The notes under the pieces are model-generated. The model did not search any database. It saw nothing but the letters and a program-made list of their open reading frames with translations, and was not told the origin of the DNA. Below, in pieces: positions 29,364 to 38,346 of a stretch of 64,000 nt of DNA. Source of the DNA: an uncultured Acidobacteriota bacterium. Lineage in GTDB: Bacteria; Acidobacteriota; Terriglobia; Bryobacterales; UBA6623. The position numbers and the translations under genes were made by a program. The stretch is taken from NCBI GenBank assembly GCA_963805925.1, contig CAWDWB010000010.1, forward strand, positions 212,527 through 276,526. The letters are read 5' to 3'. Numbering within the stretch: the first letter of the stretch is position 1; the number at the start of each line of letters is the position of its first letter.

Positions 29364-30959
29364 CTAAAGGGTCGAATTCGCACAGTCTGCCGGCGCATCA
29401 ATCGACTGCAGGCAAAACACTTCAAACACGGCTCGACCGTGACCGTCCGGGACGACCGCGATCGTCACCGCGCTAAGACCGGCGCGTTCTAGATATTGTT
29501 CAAAATGCGTCCTCACTCCGGCAAAGACTCGATTCCCGTTAGTGTGATCGACGAAGTAGCTCCCTTCTTGGTGGACTAGCCGATCGGCGAGTTCCAGGGT
29601 CTCCAGGTTTGGACTTTCCGACAGGAACGGATCTGTCCCCATCGTCAACGGGAGTTCCCCTTGTGAGAGGAGCCGCAGAGAATCACGCATTCCCCAATCC
29701 AAGAGAACAAATTCCCGAGCCGGCAAACGACTAAGTGTCTTGTTGAGGTCCGTCACGGCGTCCGTCCAGATAGCGGTGGGGCCATTCCGCCGGACTCGCT
29801 CCAGAAACTTCACATACGTGACCGCGTTGCCGACCAGAGTCGCGGCCAGCAGCAGCGTTGGCGCGACCCGGAAGCGGCCCGTCCAGACGTGGGAGTCGGA
29901 CAGCGCCACAGCGACAGCGAGCTGCGGAAGCGGCCACAGAAGGACCGCGTGGTGCGCCCCGCCGCCAAAGCCATCGCCAACCAGAAAAGGCAGATAGGAA
30001 ACAATCGCCGCGCAGACGGACCACTTCAGCAACCTAGGCGAACGCGGCAAGGCAAACGCCAATAGCGCCGCGGCGAGGAATAGTACAGGCATCAGACCTG
30101 AGGGCGCAACGGTGTAGTGATATGGGTTCGCGCCCGCGCCGACGTCGGTTCTCAACATGTAGTCGAACACTGCGGAGCCGTCCAGCGTATCCGACAGCAC
30201 GTCGAGCTTGTAGATCAGCATCGGTCCAGAAAGATCTAACCCGGCATTTGCGGAAATAGTCTGGCCTGCGGCGCCAAGGTTGTAGAAGATCAACGGAGCA
30301 CTGCCGGCAACGAATGACAGGACCGCCACAGCGAGGGCGCCTCGACGACCCAAGGAACTGAGAAACTCTCGCCGACAAAACATGATGGTCGCCGCGCCAA
30401 CGCCCAGCAGCAGGGCGGCGAAGAGCGCCTTGTCCCAAACACCCAAACCAAAGGCGAAGCTGCCGGCCGCCAGCCAGCCGATGCGCTCGGTTGTGTAGAA
30501 GCGATGCAAGGCCATCAAGCCAAAGACGAAAAGCAGATGCTGTAGGGCGACAGGGCCCCAATCAAACGTGTTCGTAACCAAAAAGCTGAAATCGAATGAA
30601 AGGAGCAGGCAGGCATAGCGAGCGGCTCGCAGGCCGTGCGCATCGCGTGCCCATACGTAGAAACACCAGATCGTAATCATTCCCAGCAGCAGTCCAGGAA
30701 GACGCAAGGACCAAACACTGGGAGACCAAATCGAAAAGACGGCGGCAAATAGCCACATCTTGAGGCAGCCCGCATAACTCGCGATCATCATCGGGATCGA
30801 GCCGATAGGCGTCTCGACGGCCCATGTGAATTCGAAAGGAGGATAGAGAGCGTTCGCCCCGAGGGCTTCGTCGTTCTGGATGCCCAAACAAGGAATCAGA
30901 AGCAGGCCAAGGGATAGAAAACCTACCGCACTGGCGGCGACGAATTTCATCATCCTCAT
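29364..30959 (-). CDS. GT-C (ArnT/PMT-like) polytopic membrane protein
   Basis: About 530 aa with more than 10 TM helices. I take the start at MRMMKF (30959) so that it does not overlap the upstream gene's stop at 30964. Confidence 0.5.
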   Translation of the reverse strand: MRMMKFVAASAVGFLSLGLLLIPCLGIQNDEALGANALYPPFEFTWAVETPIGSIPMMIASYAGCLKMWLFAAVFSIWSPSVWSLRLPGLLLGMITIWCFYVWARDAHGLRAARYACLLLSFDFSFLVTNTFDWGPVALQHLLFVFGLMALHRFYTTERIGWLAAGSFAFGLGVWDKALFAALLLGVGAATIMFCRREFLSSLGRRGALAVAVLSFVAGSAPLIFYNLGAAGQTISANAGLDLSGPMLIYKLDVLSDTLDGSAVFDYMLRTDVGAGANPYHYTVAPSGLMPVLFLAAALLAFALPRSPRLLKWSVCAAIVSYLPFLVGDGFGGGAHHAVLLWPLPQLAVAVALSDSHVWTGRFRVAPTLLLAATLVGNAVTYVKFLERVRRNGPTAIWTDAVTDLNKTLSRLPAREFVLLDWGMRDSLRLLSQGELPLTMGTDPFLSESPNLETLELADRLVHQEGSYFVDHTNGNRVFAGVRTHFEQYLERAGLSAVTIAVVPDGHGRAVFEVFCLQSIDAPADCANSTL

Positions 30960-30963
30960 TTGG

Positions 30964-32929
30964 TCATCGCGTCGCGCCGATTGCCGCAGCGTAGTCTCGA
31001 GCAACCGCGCTCAGGGTTTCTTGGACAGCCTCTGGGACATCGTCGCCCAACGCCCGCTGGACGGCATCGAGACGGTCGTCTTGGGCGAGTAGGAAACCCG
31101 CCTGCGCCGCGACCGCCATGTCATGCCGCGCTAACCCCGCCGCGATCTCCTCAGGGCTCCCGCCGACCAACGCCTCAGCAATCTCCCGAGCATTCTGGAA
31201 TCGCCCATCGCCATCGCCATCCCACGCCAATGCCGGAGAAACGCCCAAAGTGATCGGCTCCCAGTCAGTGGAAACCGCCTGATAAGGCCGGTTCAGCGGC
31301 CAATAAGGCAAGTAAGCGCCCGTCGCCCACCGCGACTACCGCCAGCCAGGCATCTTGCTTCAACGCCGGCGGCGCAATCTCGCCTTCCCACTGCAAGCCG
31401 CCCTCCGGCGACGCCTCAATCGGAAAATCCGCAATCACTTCGCCGTTAGCAAAGACCATCAGACGCTTAGCGCGATTCCACGAAGGCCCATAGACGCGAG
31501 CCCGCAGTCCGTTCCCACCGAGTTCCAAGAACGTCGCCAAACCGTAGCTCACCGCCGTCTCGCCGCGAGCGAAGGCATCGGCCACCTTTCGCGCGGTCAG
31601 CGGCCCCTCGCCGGTGCGGACATACGTACGGGCTTGCCCTAAATGGACGATCGAGACCGTATGCGTATCGCTGCTTCCTACCGCGGCGATTCGTGCGCCC
31701 CGGTTCAGCTGGCGCATCCAATCGCGCACCAACTCCAACGGATGCGAATACATCGCGCTCGAATTGACGACCTCCATCCCCACTCCAGGGAACGCGCGCC
31801 CATCCATCGCCTCACCCGCTAGCGCCACATAGTGTGACGAGTCCATCGGACGATACCCCGCATGCACGTCCCGCGGATGGTTCCAAATCGCCATCACTCC
31901 ATCCGGCAAGCTCTCCCATAGTTGCTGCCACGGCGCACGCGCATCGACGAACGGCACACCCTCAGGCCAAGGGAAAACGTTGAAGTGTCCGAACTGCGTC
32001 GTCAGTTCCGTGCCGCGAATGGCCAGGAAGCGGCCGCCGAGGTTCGGCAAATTATCGGTGCGGTTGTGCTCAGTACTGATTCCCCAATCCAAACCTTCCC
32101 CGGCCACCGTGAGCGCCCGCTCGGCTACCGTCGCATCGCCATGCCGGGAAAGCTCATACGTATGAAGATGCGTATCGCCCGATGTCCATTCGGGGATATC
32201 CACTTCATGTCGCAGCCGTAGTTCCAGCGCGTGCGACGAACCGGCGTCGATGCGGATGTTCTGCCGCGCGACGCTGTATTCGAAACCGCGACTGGCATAT
32301 ATCGTATGCGCGCCCTCGGGCAAAGTGAACTCTGCCGCTCCCGTGCCCGTGTAGACGACGCCTGTGCGCACCGCCAAATCGCCGGCGGACTCAGCGCCCA
32401 CAGGCAGCAACGCGTCCCCGCTGTCAGCCACGGTTATCCGCGCCGGCAACGCCTCGCCCTGTTCATCGACGACGCGAATCTGCACGCGGCCCGCGCCGAG
32501 CCAGGCGTCCAGCGCTTGCGGCTCAATGCGAACGCTGCGGACTTCGATGTCGTCGACGCCGGCTTTCGCAGCGTCGGCCTCGATTAGCAATTCGTTGTCC
32601 GTGGCGCGAAGCAAGCCAGCTGGAACCTCAAACGTCTGGATCAGTTTGTGCTCGTCCGCCTGCAGTACCCCGAGCGCCTGTCCATTGAGCGTGACCGTCC
32701 AGTCGCTGCGTTTGACGCCGTCTTGCTGCAGCAGCAAAGTCGCCGGATCCTCGACAGACCCGGCCACAAGCGTACAAGCGAGCCGCCCCTGCGGCTCTCT
32801 CGCGGAATCGCTCCACTCCGCCGCGCCGCCGCCCGCGCGCAATGCGTGGTCCCCAGCGCATTCCGCCGCAGACAGCCCAACGACCGCAAACAACGCGGCG
32901 CTTAGCATACGAAAGCCTCGCGGAATCAT
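30964..32929 (-). pseudogene. CehA/McbA-like PHP-fold metallohydrolase, one frameshift near 31311-31335
   Basis: ORF 31265..32929 has a signal peptide, GDTHLHTYELSRHGD, STEHN and GSSDTH. Its tail ...AVVAVGDG continues in ORF 30964..31311 in another frame (LPYWPLNRPYQ...AWDGDGDGRF). The junction is at GACGGGCGC. Confidence 0.65.
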
Positions 32930-33088
32930 CCCTAGCAGCTTATGCTAACTCGCCTCTCCTTCAATCCGCCTGCTTGCCCGTCACCGCAACGCAGCGATCC
33001 TAGGGAACTGCCGCGCCTGGCTGTCCACGCTCACCCTGCGCAACGGCCAGCCCGCTTGACACGGCATGTTATACCTAGAAACAGAAGA

Positions 33089-33284
33089 GCGTCGGTTCCC
33101 TTGGGACGTAGCCGACGCGTCCTGTCGACAGGGAGCGAGTCCCAGGCAAGTCGCCAAGCCACACGAGCGGCAGCGTAAGAGCGATACAGACACTAGGGTC
33201 GACCCGAAGACATCTCCGGTTCCCCGCGTGGAAGGGAATCCAACCTGCGTCCCAAAGGGCTCCTCATCTGAGGGGCCCTTTGGG
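33089..33284 (+). promoter_or_regulatory. candidate structured RNA / attenuator-like leader
   Basis: A 13-bp hairpin (33251-33263 with 33272-33284, then CGUUUG). Its 5' arm can instead pair with 33098-33108 (CCCTTGGGACG vs CGTCCCAAAGGG). A local hairpin joins 33089-33095 and 33112-33118. There is no credible ORF in the 560-nt gap. Confidence 0.35.
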
Positions 33285-33491
33285 CGTTTGGCCTTCAGTC
33301 AATCAACTTCGCCAATCCGGCGCCCAAACTCCCTTCGCAATGCCAAACTGCGCCCGCCAATAAACCGCAAATCAGAGTCGCAGCGTTCGCAACAAAGCGG
33401 CCGGACCAGGACGGCTGAATCTGTCGCCTCGTAAGGACAGACGCTCCCGCTAGTTGTCGTGGTTCAGTCCGCTCTGCGAGAATGCATCGAC

Positions 33492-34756
33492 ATGACATCA
33501 CGCCGAGCCCTGCTGCTGACGCTTACTCTCTTCGTCGCGCCGATATTTGCCGCGGAACATCTTCCTGTCGCTGTACCCGAAGCCGTGGGCCTCTCCGGCG
33601 AACGGCTAAATCGGCTGACGGAAGTCATGCAAAAGTACGTCGATGACGGGCAACTCTCCGGCTCTGTCGTGCTTGTCGCCAGGCACGGCAAGGTGGCCTA
33701 TTTCCAGTCCTTCGGGCAGCGCGACGTCGAAGCCAGGTCGCCGATGAATGACGACGCGATCTTCCGCATCGCCTCTCAGACCAAGGCGTTGGTCAGCACC
33801 GGCATTCTGATGTTGCAGGAAGAAGGCAAGCTGCTGATCTCCGACCCAGTCAGCAAGTACTTGCCTGAGTTCGCGCACACCAAGGTTGCGGTCGCTAAAC
33901 CCGGCGGCGGATATGACATTGTCGACGCCGTGCGGCCGATAACCATCCGCGATCTGCTGACGCACACCTCCGGATCGAGCTATGGCCATGGCCCGGCGGC
34001 AGACAAGTGGGAAGCGGCCGGCATTCAGGACTGGTACTTCGCCAATCGCAACGAGCCGATCCGCGAGACAATCGCCCGTCTGGCCAAACTACCCTTCGAC
34101 GCGCAGCCGGGCACGAAGTGGATCTACGGCTACAGCATCGACATTCTTGGCGCGGTAGTCGAAGCGGCGAGCGGCCAGCCTCTCGACGTGTTTCTCAAAA
34201 CGAGCATCTTTGAACCGCTCAAGATGCAAGACACGCACTTCTACTTGCCCAAGGACAAACGCAACCGCCTGGCAACGGTTTACTCTGCGAAGGACGGCAA
34301 GATCGAGCGTGCCCCCGACAGAAGGCACGATGCAGAGCCAAGGGGCCTACGTCGAAGGACCCGCGCAAGAGTTTCTCAGGCGGGGCGGGCCTGCTGTCGA
34401 CGGCTACCGACTACGCACGCTTCCTGCAAATGATGTTGAATGGCGGCGAACTCGACGGTGCGCGTCTTCTGAGCCCCACGACGGTCGAACTGATGACGAC
34501 CGATCACCTGCACGGCCTGGATTTCCGGCCTGGCGAGGGTTTCGGCTTGGGATTCTCCGTCGTTAAGGATCTGGGCGAACGTGGGGTCCCCGGCTCGGTC
34601 GGCGAGTACGGTTGGGGCGGCGCTTACCACTCCACCTACTGGGTCGACCCAGTCGAAGATATGGTCGTCGTCTATTTCACCCAGCTGCTGCCCGCCGGCG
34701 GCATCGACGACCACGGCAAACTGCGCGCGCTCGTCTATCAAGCCATCATCGAATAA
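33492..34756 (+). pseudogene. class C beta-lactamase-related serine hydrolase, two +1 frame changes (34312-34316 and about 34358-34368)
   Basis: Signal peptide, then SxxK (IASQTKAL). Frame 0 reads to ...KDGKIERAP, frame 1 gives [15 protein letters not shown], and frame 2 gives [32 protein letters not shown]...GWGGAY. The first junction is a C5 run. Confidence 0.8.
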
Positions 34757-34760
34757 AGGA

Positions 34761-34790
34761 AAGGGGGCCACGCCAGCGGCCCCCTTATTT
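34761..34790. terminator. bidirectional rho-independent terminator between convergent genes
   Basis: AAGGGGGCC-ACGCCAGC-GGCCCCCTT, a 9-bp stem followed by ATTT on + and TCCTTTATT on -. Confidence 0.55.
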
Positions 34791-34812
34791 CGATTGGGAT
34801 GGAGGAAAGTTG

Positions 34813-36387
34813 TTACTCGACGGTCACCGTGGTCGTTGTAGGACTCTCTTCGGCGCCGACGACAATGAGCACGGGCTGCGGCCCTGAGGGCGTGCCCGGA
34901 ACGATCTGTATGTTGATCTGGGTGACCGCTTCGAGCATGCCCGGTGCGGTTCCGGCGTAAACGACACTCTGTTCGACGCCGCCAATGAATACCTGAATCG
35001 GGAACGACAGCTGAATGGCTTCCGTCGCGATCGCCGCTGGATCGAAACCGGGGGCCGAGGCGTCAGCGACGCCTGTTACCCAGAGGCTGAGGTATCCGCC
35101 GACGCTGGCAGGGGAGGCCCCGCCGTTGAGTATGCCTTTCGGGTTAACTGCGGCGGCTTGGCCCGAGCCGGTTCCGAATGCACTGAACACGCGCGGCACG
35201 ACCTTCTTGAGTTCAACCGGGAACGATACCGAAGACTTGCCCTTGTTGATGACGACGATGTCTGCGTAGTGTCCTTTGACGTTCGCTGGAATCACGCCGT
35301 TGATCTGGCCGCGGCCGGCCGCCATCAATCGCATTAGATAGCCGTCCGCGAGAACCATGACGCCGCTCAGATCCTCGGGGATAAGACCGTCCTCGCCTAG
35401 CGCGGCGATGGACAGTTCCTCGGGAGAGATTCCCGTGCCGAAGATGGAAACGATCTGGCCCGGCGCGACAGGGCCAAGCTGGAAGTTGGCGGCGTCGACG
35501 ATGGCGCTCGGGGCCACCTCTTCCTGTTCTTCCGCTGCTGTGTCGCCCAAGGCGAAACCGAGTACTGCGGGCCAAGTTCTCTTCGATTTGGCGAAGCTGC
35601 GAACGTGCAGGGTGCCGCCGCAAGATCCTAGCTGGTCGAGCGGGCCGACCAGTTCGAGGATCACCGGGGCCTGAGCGTCCTGCGCCATCAATACGATGCG
35701 ACCCTGGTCATCGACTTCGAGAACGCCTTCTTCGGACAGCAGGTCTTCGGGCAGGTAGGCCATCACGCAGTCGCGCAACGACGGCGTCAGCCAAAGCTGG
35801 ATGTTCTCCAGCGGGCGGTTGGCGATGAGGAAGACCTGCGCCAGGCCCGTTTCATCGAACAGGTCGGGAGTAATCTTGGACAGGGCAGTCTGTTCCTCGC
35901 CCTCACCCACGGCCCAGGAGACCGGAAGATTGCCTTCTCCGTCGACAATGCCGTCTTCGCCTTCGACTTCGCTGGGGTCTTCTTCGGCGGTCTTCTTCAG
36001 GCTCAGACTGAGCGGTTTCGCCAAGTTCTTGCCGTCGACCCGTAGATGGACGGTTCCCCCGATGGTGCGACCGGCTTCATCCGGCGTTTGCAGTAGCGTA
36101 AACGGCACTTCGACGGTCTCGCCTTCCAAGATGTCGAAGGGCGTCGGATCCCATTCCAGCAGGCTCGCTAAAGAGCCGCTGACCCATAACTGCGCTCCGA
36201 GGACTTCCTTGTCGGCTGAAACTTCGACGACGAAGCCGCCCTCTTCCACGTTCTCATTGACGACGCGCGATGGCGTCCATGAGACTTTGGCAGGCTTGTT
36301 CTCACTGCCAGCGAAAGCGGTTCCGGCGAGGATGAGCAAGGCCAATAGCCCCGCGAGGGCGATGTTCGGTAATCTGCTTCTCTGCAT
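34813..36387 (-). CDS. secreted protein with Solibacter-type C-terminal (TIGR03437-like, IPT/TIG-like) domain
   Basis: 524 aa with a signal peptide. The C-terminal about 230 aa (VAPGQIVSIFGTGI...GQINGVIPANV...VVPRVFS...GQAAAVN...YAGTAPGMLEAVTQINIQIP-like) matches my memory of that acidobacterial domain. Confidence 0.6.
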   Translation of the reverse strand: MQRSRLPNIALAGLLALLILAGTAFAGSENKPAKVSWTPSRVVNENVEEGGFVVEVSADKEVLGAQLWVSGSLASLLEWDPTPFDILEGETVEVPFTLLQTPDEAGRTIGGTVHLRVDGKNLAKPLSLSLKKTAEEDPSEVEGEDGIVDGEGNLPVSWAVGEGEEQTALSKITPDLFDETGLAQVFLIANRPLENIQLWLTPSLRDCVMAYLPEDLLSEEGVLEVDDQGRIVLMAQDAQAPVILELVGPLDQLGSCGGTLHVRSFAKSKRTWPAVLGFALGDTAAEEQEEVAPSAIVDAANFQLGPVAPGQIVSIFGTGISPEELSIAALGEDGLIPEDLSGVMVLADGYLMRLMAAGRGQINGVIPANVKGHYADIVVINKGKSSVSFPVELKKVVPRVFSAFGTGSGQAAAVNPKGILNGGASPASVGGYLSLWVTGVADASAPGFDPAAIATEAIQLSFPIQVFIGGVEQSVVYAGTAPGMLEAVTQINIQIVPGTPSGPQPVLIVVGAEESPTTTTVTVE

Positions 36388-36525
36388 TTTTCTCCCCTCC
36401 GGGCAGTTGGCCTGGAGGCTCCTAGGGGTAATGTTCGAGGGCGCTCCATGAGAGTAACAGTACTGGAGTGAATCACCAACACGTCACCTTCCTAGTCATA
36501 GCGAAGAGCATATGACCAGCCCTAA

Positions 36526-36551
36526 CTGGATCTTGTTTCAATAAGATCCAG
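36526..36551 (-). terminator. hairpin downstream of the esterase gene
   Basis: CTGGATCTT-(8 nt)-AAGATCCAG, a perfect 9-bp stem with a weak U-tract. Confidence 0.3.
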
Positions 36552-36577
36552 GAAGAACTGGAAGTGTTTTACGAGGT

Positions 36578-37843
36578 CTAGCGATTCATGATCTGTACCC
36601 GGAAGTAAGGCTTGTCTTTCTCGTCCGGATCCATTTCATAGGTCTGCTCGGTGCGGTTCGGGTCGTAGTCGCGCCAAAGCCAAGCCAGGGCTTCCGGATT
36701 GCGTGCGCCGCCTTCGGTGGAGTTGTGCTGTGAGTTGCCGAATGTGAAGCGGAAGTCGTACTCCTTCATCTTGAAGGAGTTCGCCATCTGGATGGCCTGC
36801 AAGGGCCACGAACCGTGCTGGTTCTCCAGGTCGTAGCTGCCGTCCGACAGAAAGATGCGGATGTTCTTCTGGGGCCACTTACGGATCATGAAGGGGAATA
36901 TATTGCCGCCGTCGAGGAAACCGGTCGGGTCCTGGAACCCGAACCGCTCATTGTGGTCGGCCTGGCCATGACGCCACTGGATGCTGGTGTAGGTACCGAT
37001 TTTCGAGTAGACGCGGCTCACCGCATCGGGACGCTGCCAGGCCATGTTGAAGGCTCCGATAGCGCCGGATGACTGGCCGCTGGAACCAACGGAGTAGGCG
37101 TCTCTGCGGACTTTGAACATGGGCTCGACCTTGGGCAGAATTTCGCCGAAGATCATGCTGTTAAAGTCGTCGTTGACCGTGTCGTAGAGCAGGCTGCGGC
37201 GCCGCCGGTTGGGACCTTCGACGCGCATCGTCTCGGGGTTGACCTGGCCGGGGGAGGTCAAAACATGCAACATCGGCGGCAGTTTGCCTTGGGCGACGAG
37301 GTTTTCGGTGACGGTAAAGAGCCGATCGTTGTTTTCACGGCTGATGAGGCCCTCGCCGTCGAACCAGATCATCACCGGCGAGGGAATCGCCGGATCGACG
37401 CCCGGTGAGGCGTAAACCCACCACGAAATTGGCCAATCATGATAAACGCCGGAGCGGTGCACCATGTGCTCGGACAACTGACCCTGAGCGACGCCGGGTT
37501 GCGGATAGTGATCCGGCGTCAACGCCGACGTGTCCACGCGGGGGCCGTGAACTTCACCCTTGATGCGGAAATAGTGGGCGTGGGCGCGGCCCTGCAACAG
37601 GCGCGCAGCATGGACCCAAACGTTCGATCCGGCCAGCTTGGTCATCGCCGGGGTCGGTTCGTCGTCCACGTAGAGGGATGGCTCGGTCGGAGAATCGATA
37701 GCCCAGAGGAAATCGCCCAACTCGCGCACGACGACACCTTTAGCCAGCGCCTCGGCGTCAAAACGGTTCTTGAGTTCCGGGAGGATTTCAGCGGCTGAGC
37801 GATCACGGCGGGCGATTTGAAGAAGTTCTGTGTTAGTGGCCAT
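36578..37843 (-). CDS. esterase-D/enterochelin-esterase-like alpha/beta hydrolase
   Basis: 421 aa. An N-terminal Ig-like region followed by a putative-esterase fold with GxSxG (GSSGQSSGAIGAFNMAW). Confidence 0.6.
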   Translation of the reverse strand: MATNTELLQIARRDRSAAEILPELKNRFDAEALAKGVVVRELGDFLWAIDSPTEPSLYVDDEPTPAMTKLAGSNVWVHAARLLQGRAHAHYFRIKGEVHGPRVDTSALTPDHYPQPGVAQGQLSEHMVHRSGVYHDWPISWWVYASPGVDPAIPSPVMIWFDGEGLISRENNDRLFTVTENLVAQGKLPPMLHVLTSPGQVNPETMRVEGPNRRRRSLLYDTVNDDFNSMIFGEILPKVEPMFKVRRDAYSVGSSGQSSGAIGAFNMAWQRPDAVSRVYSKIGTYTSIQWRHGQADHNERFGFQDPTGFLDGGNIFPFMIRKWPQKNIRIFLSDGSYDLENQHGSWPLQAIQMANSFKMKEYDFRFTFGNSQHNSTEGGARNPEALAWLWRDYDPNRTEQTYEMDPDEKDKPYFRVQIMNR

Positions 37844-37893
37844 GGCGCTAGCCAGGATAGCCCCAACTTAGGCAGGACAGCAAGAAAAGCTGC

Positions 37894-38127
37894 CTAGGAA
37901 CGTCGAAACGCCTTTTCGAGCTCGGTACAAGCCTCGTTTAAGGCTCGTTCCTCTTCGCGCCATGCGCCGGCGCCCATTCTCTCGTAGGCGGTCAGCAGAT
38001 CGACGACCTGCTCATACTTCTCGCCGATTTCTGGATTTTCGTCTTCGCCAAGGCGTTCGCGCCACGATTGCATCTTGGCGGTTAGGACGTCCAAATATTC
38101 TTCTTTGGGCATGTTCTGTAACTTCAC
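37894..38127 (-). CDS. small acidic helical hypothetical protein
   Basis: 77-aa ORF with protein-like composition. No family recognised. Confidence 0.35.
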   Translation of the reverse strand: MKLQNMPKEEYLDVLTAKMQSWRERLGEDENPEIGEKYEQVVDLLTAYERMGAGAWREEERALNEACTELEKAFRRS

Positions 38128-38346
38128 GGTTCACGACACTCCCACAATCTATAGAAGCGCATGGGAAGGTCTAAGTTTCGTAAAACCCAAAGAATGTTTC
38201 GGATGTTGCCAAGGCCGTACCACGCACCGTTGAGTCTGGTCCCACTGAGGCGTCAACTCAATAGGCCATTTGGGCTGAAATGCAGTAGGGAAAAGCCCAC
38301 GACCGACGTTACCAAGGTACCGGGTGGTCTACGGACAAGCGGCGGG

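Noticed and set aside
28746-29492. 248-aa + strand ORF, Arg/His-rich
   Set aside because: It is an off-frame overlap of sdhB that continues into the intergenic region. It is not protein-like.
33056-33081. Sigma-70 promoter: TTGACA at 33056-33061 with TATACC or TAGAAA as the -10
   Set aside because: The spacing to the candidate -10 hexamers is only 8 or 14 nt, outside the 16-18 nt norm. It is therefore not called as a promoter.
33295-33501. 68-aa - strand ORF in the 33-kb gap with a hydrophobic stretch (ATLICGLLAGAVW)
   Set aside because: I saw no RBS, the rest of the composition is poor, and it overlaps the start of the beta-lactamase-like gene. Evidence for a small membrane protein is insufficient.
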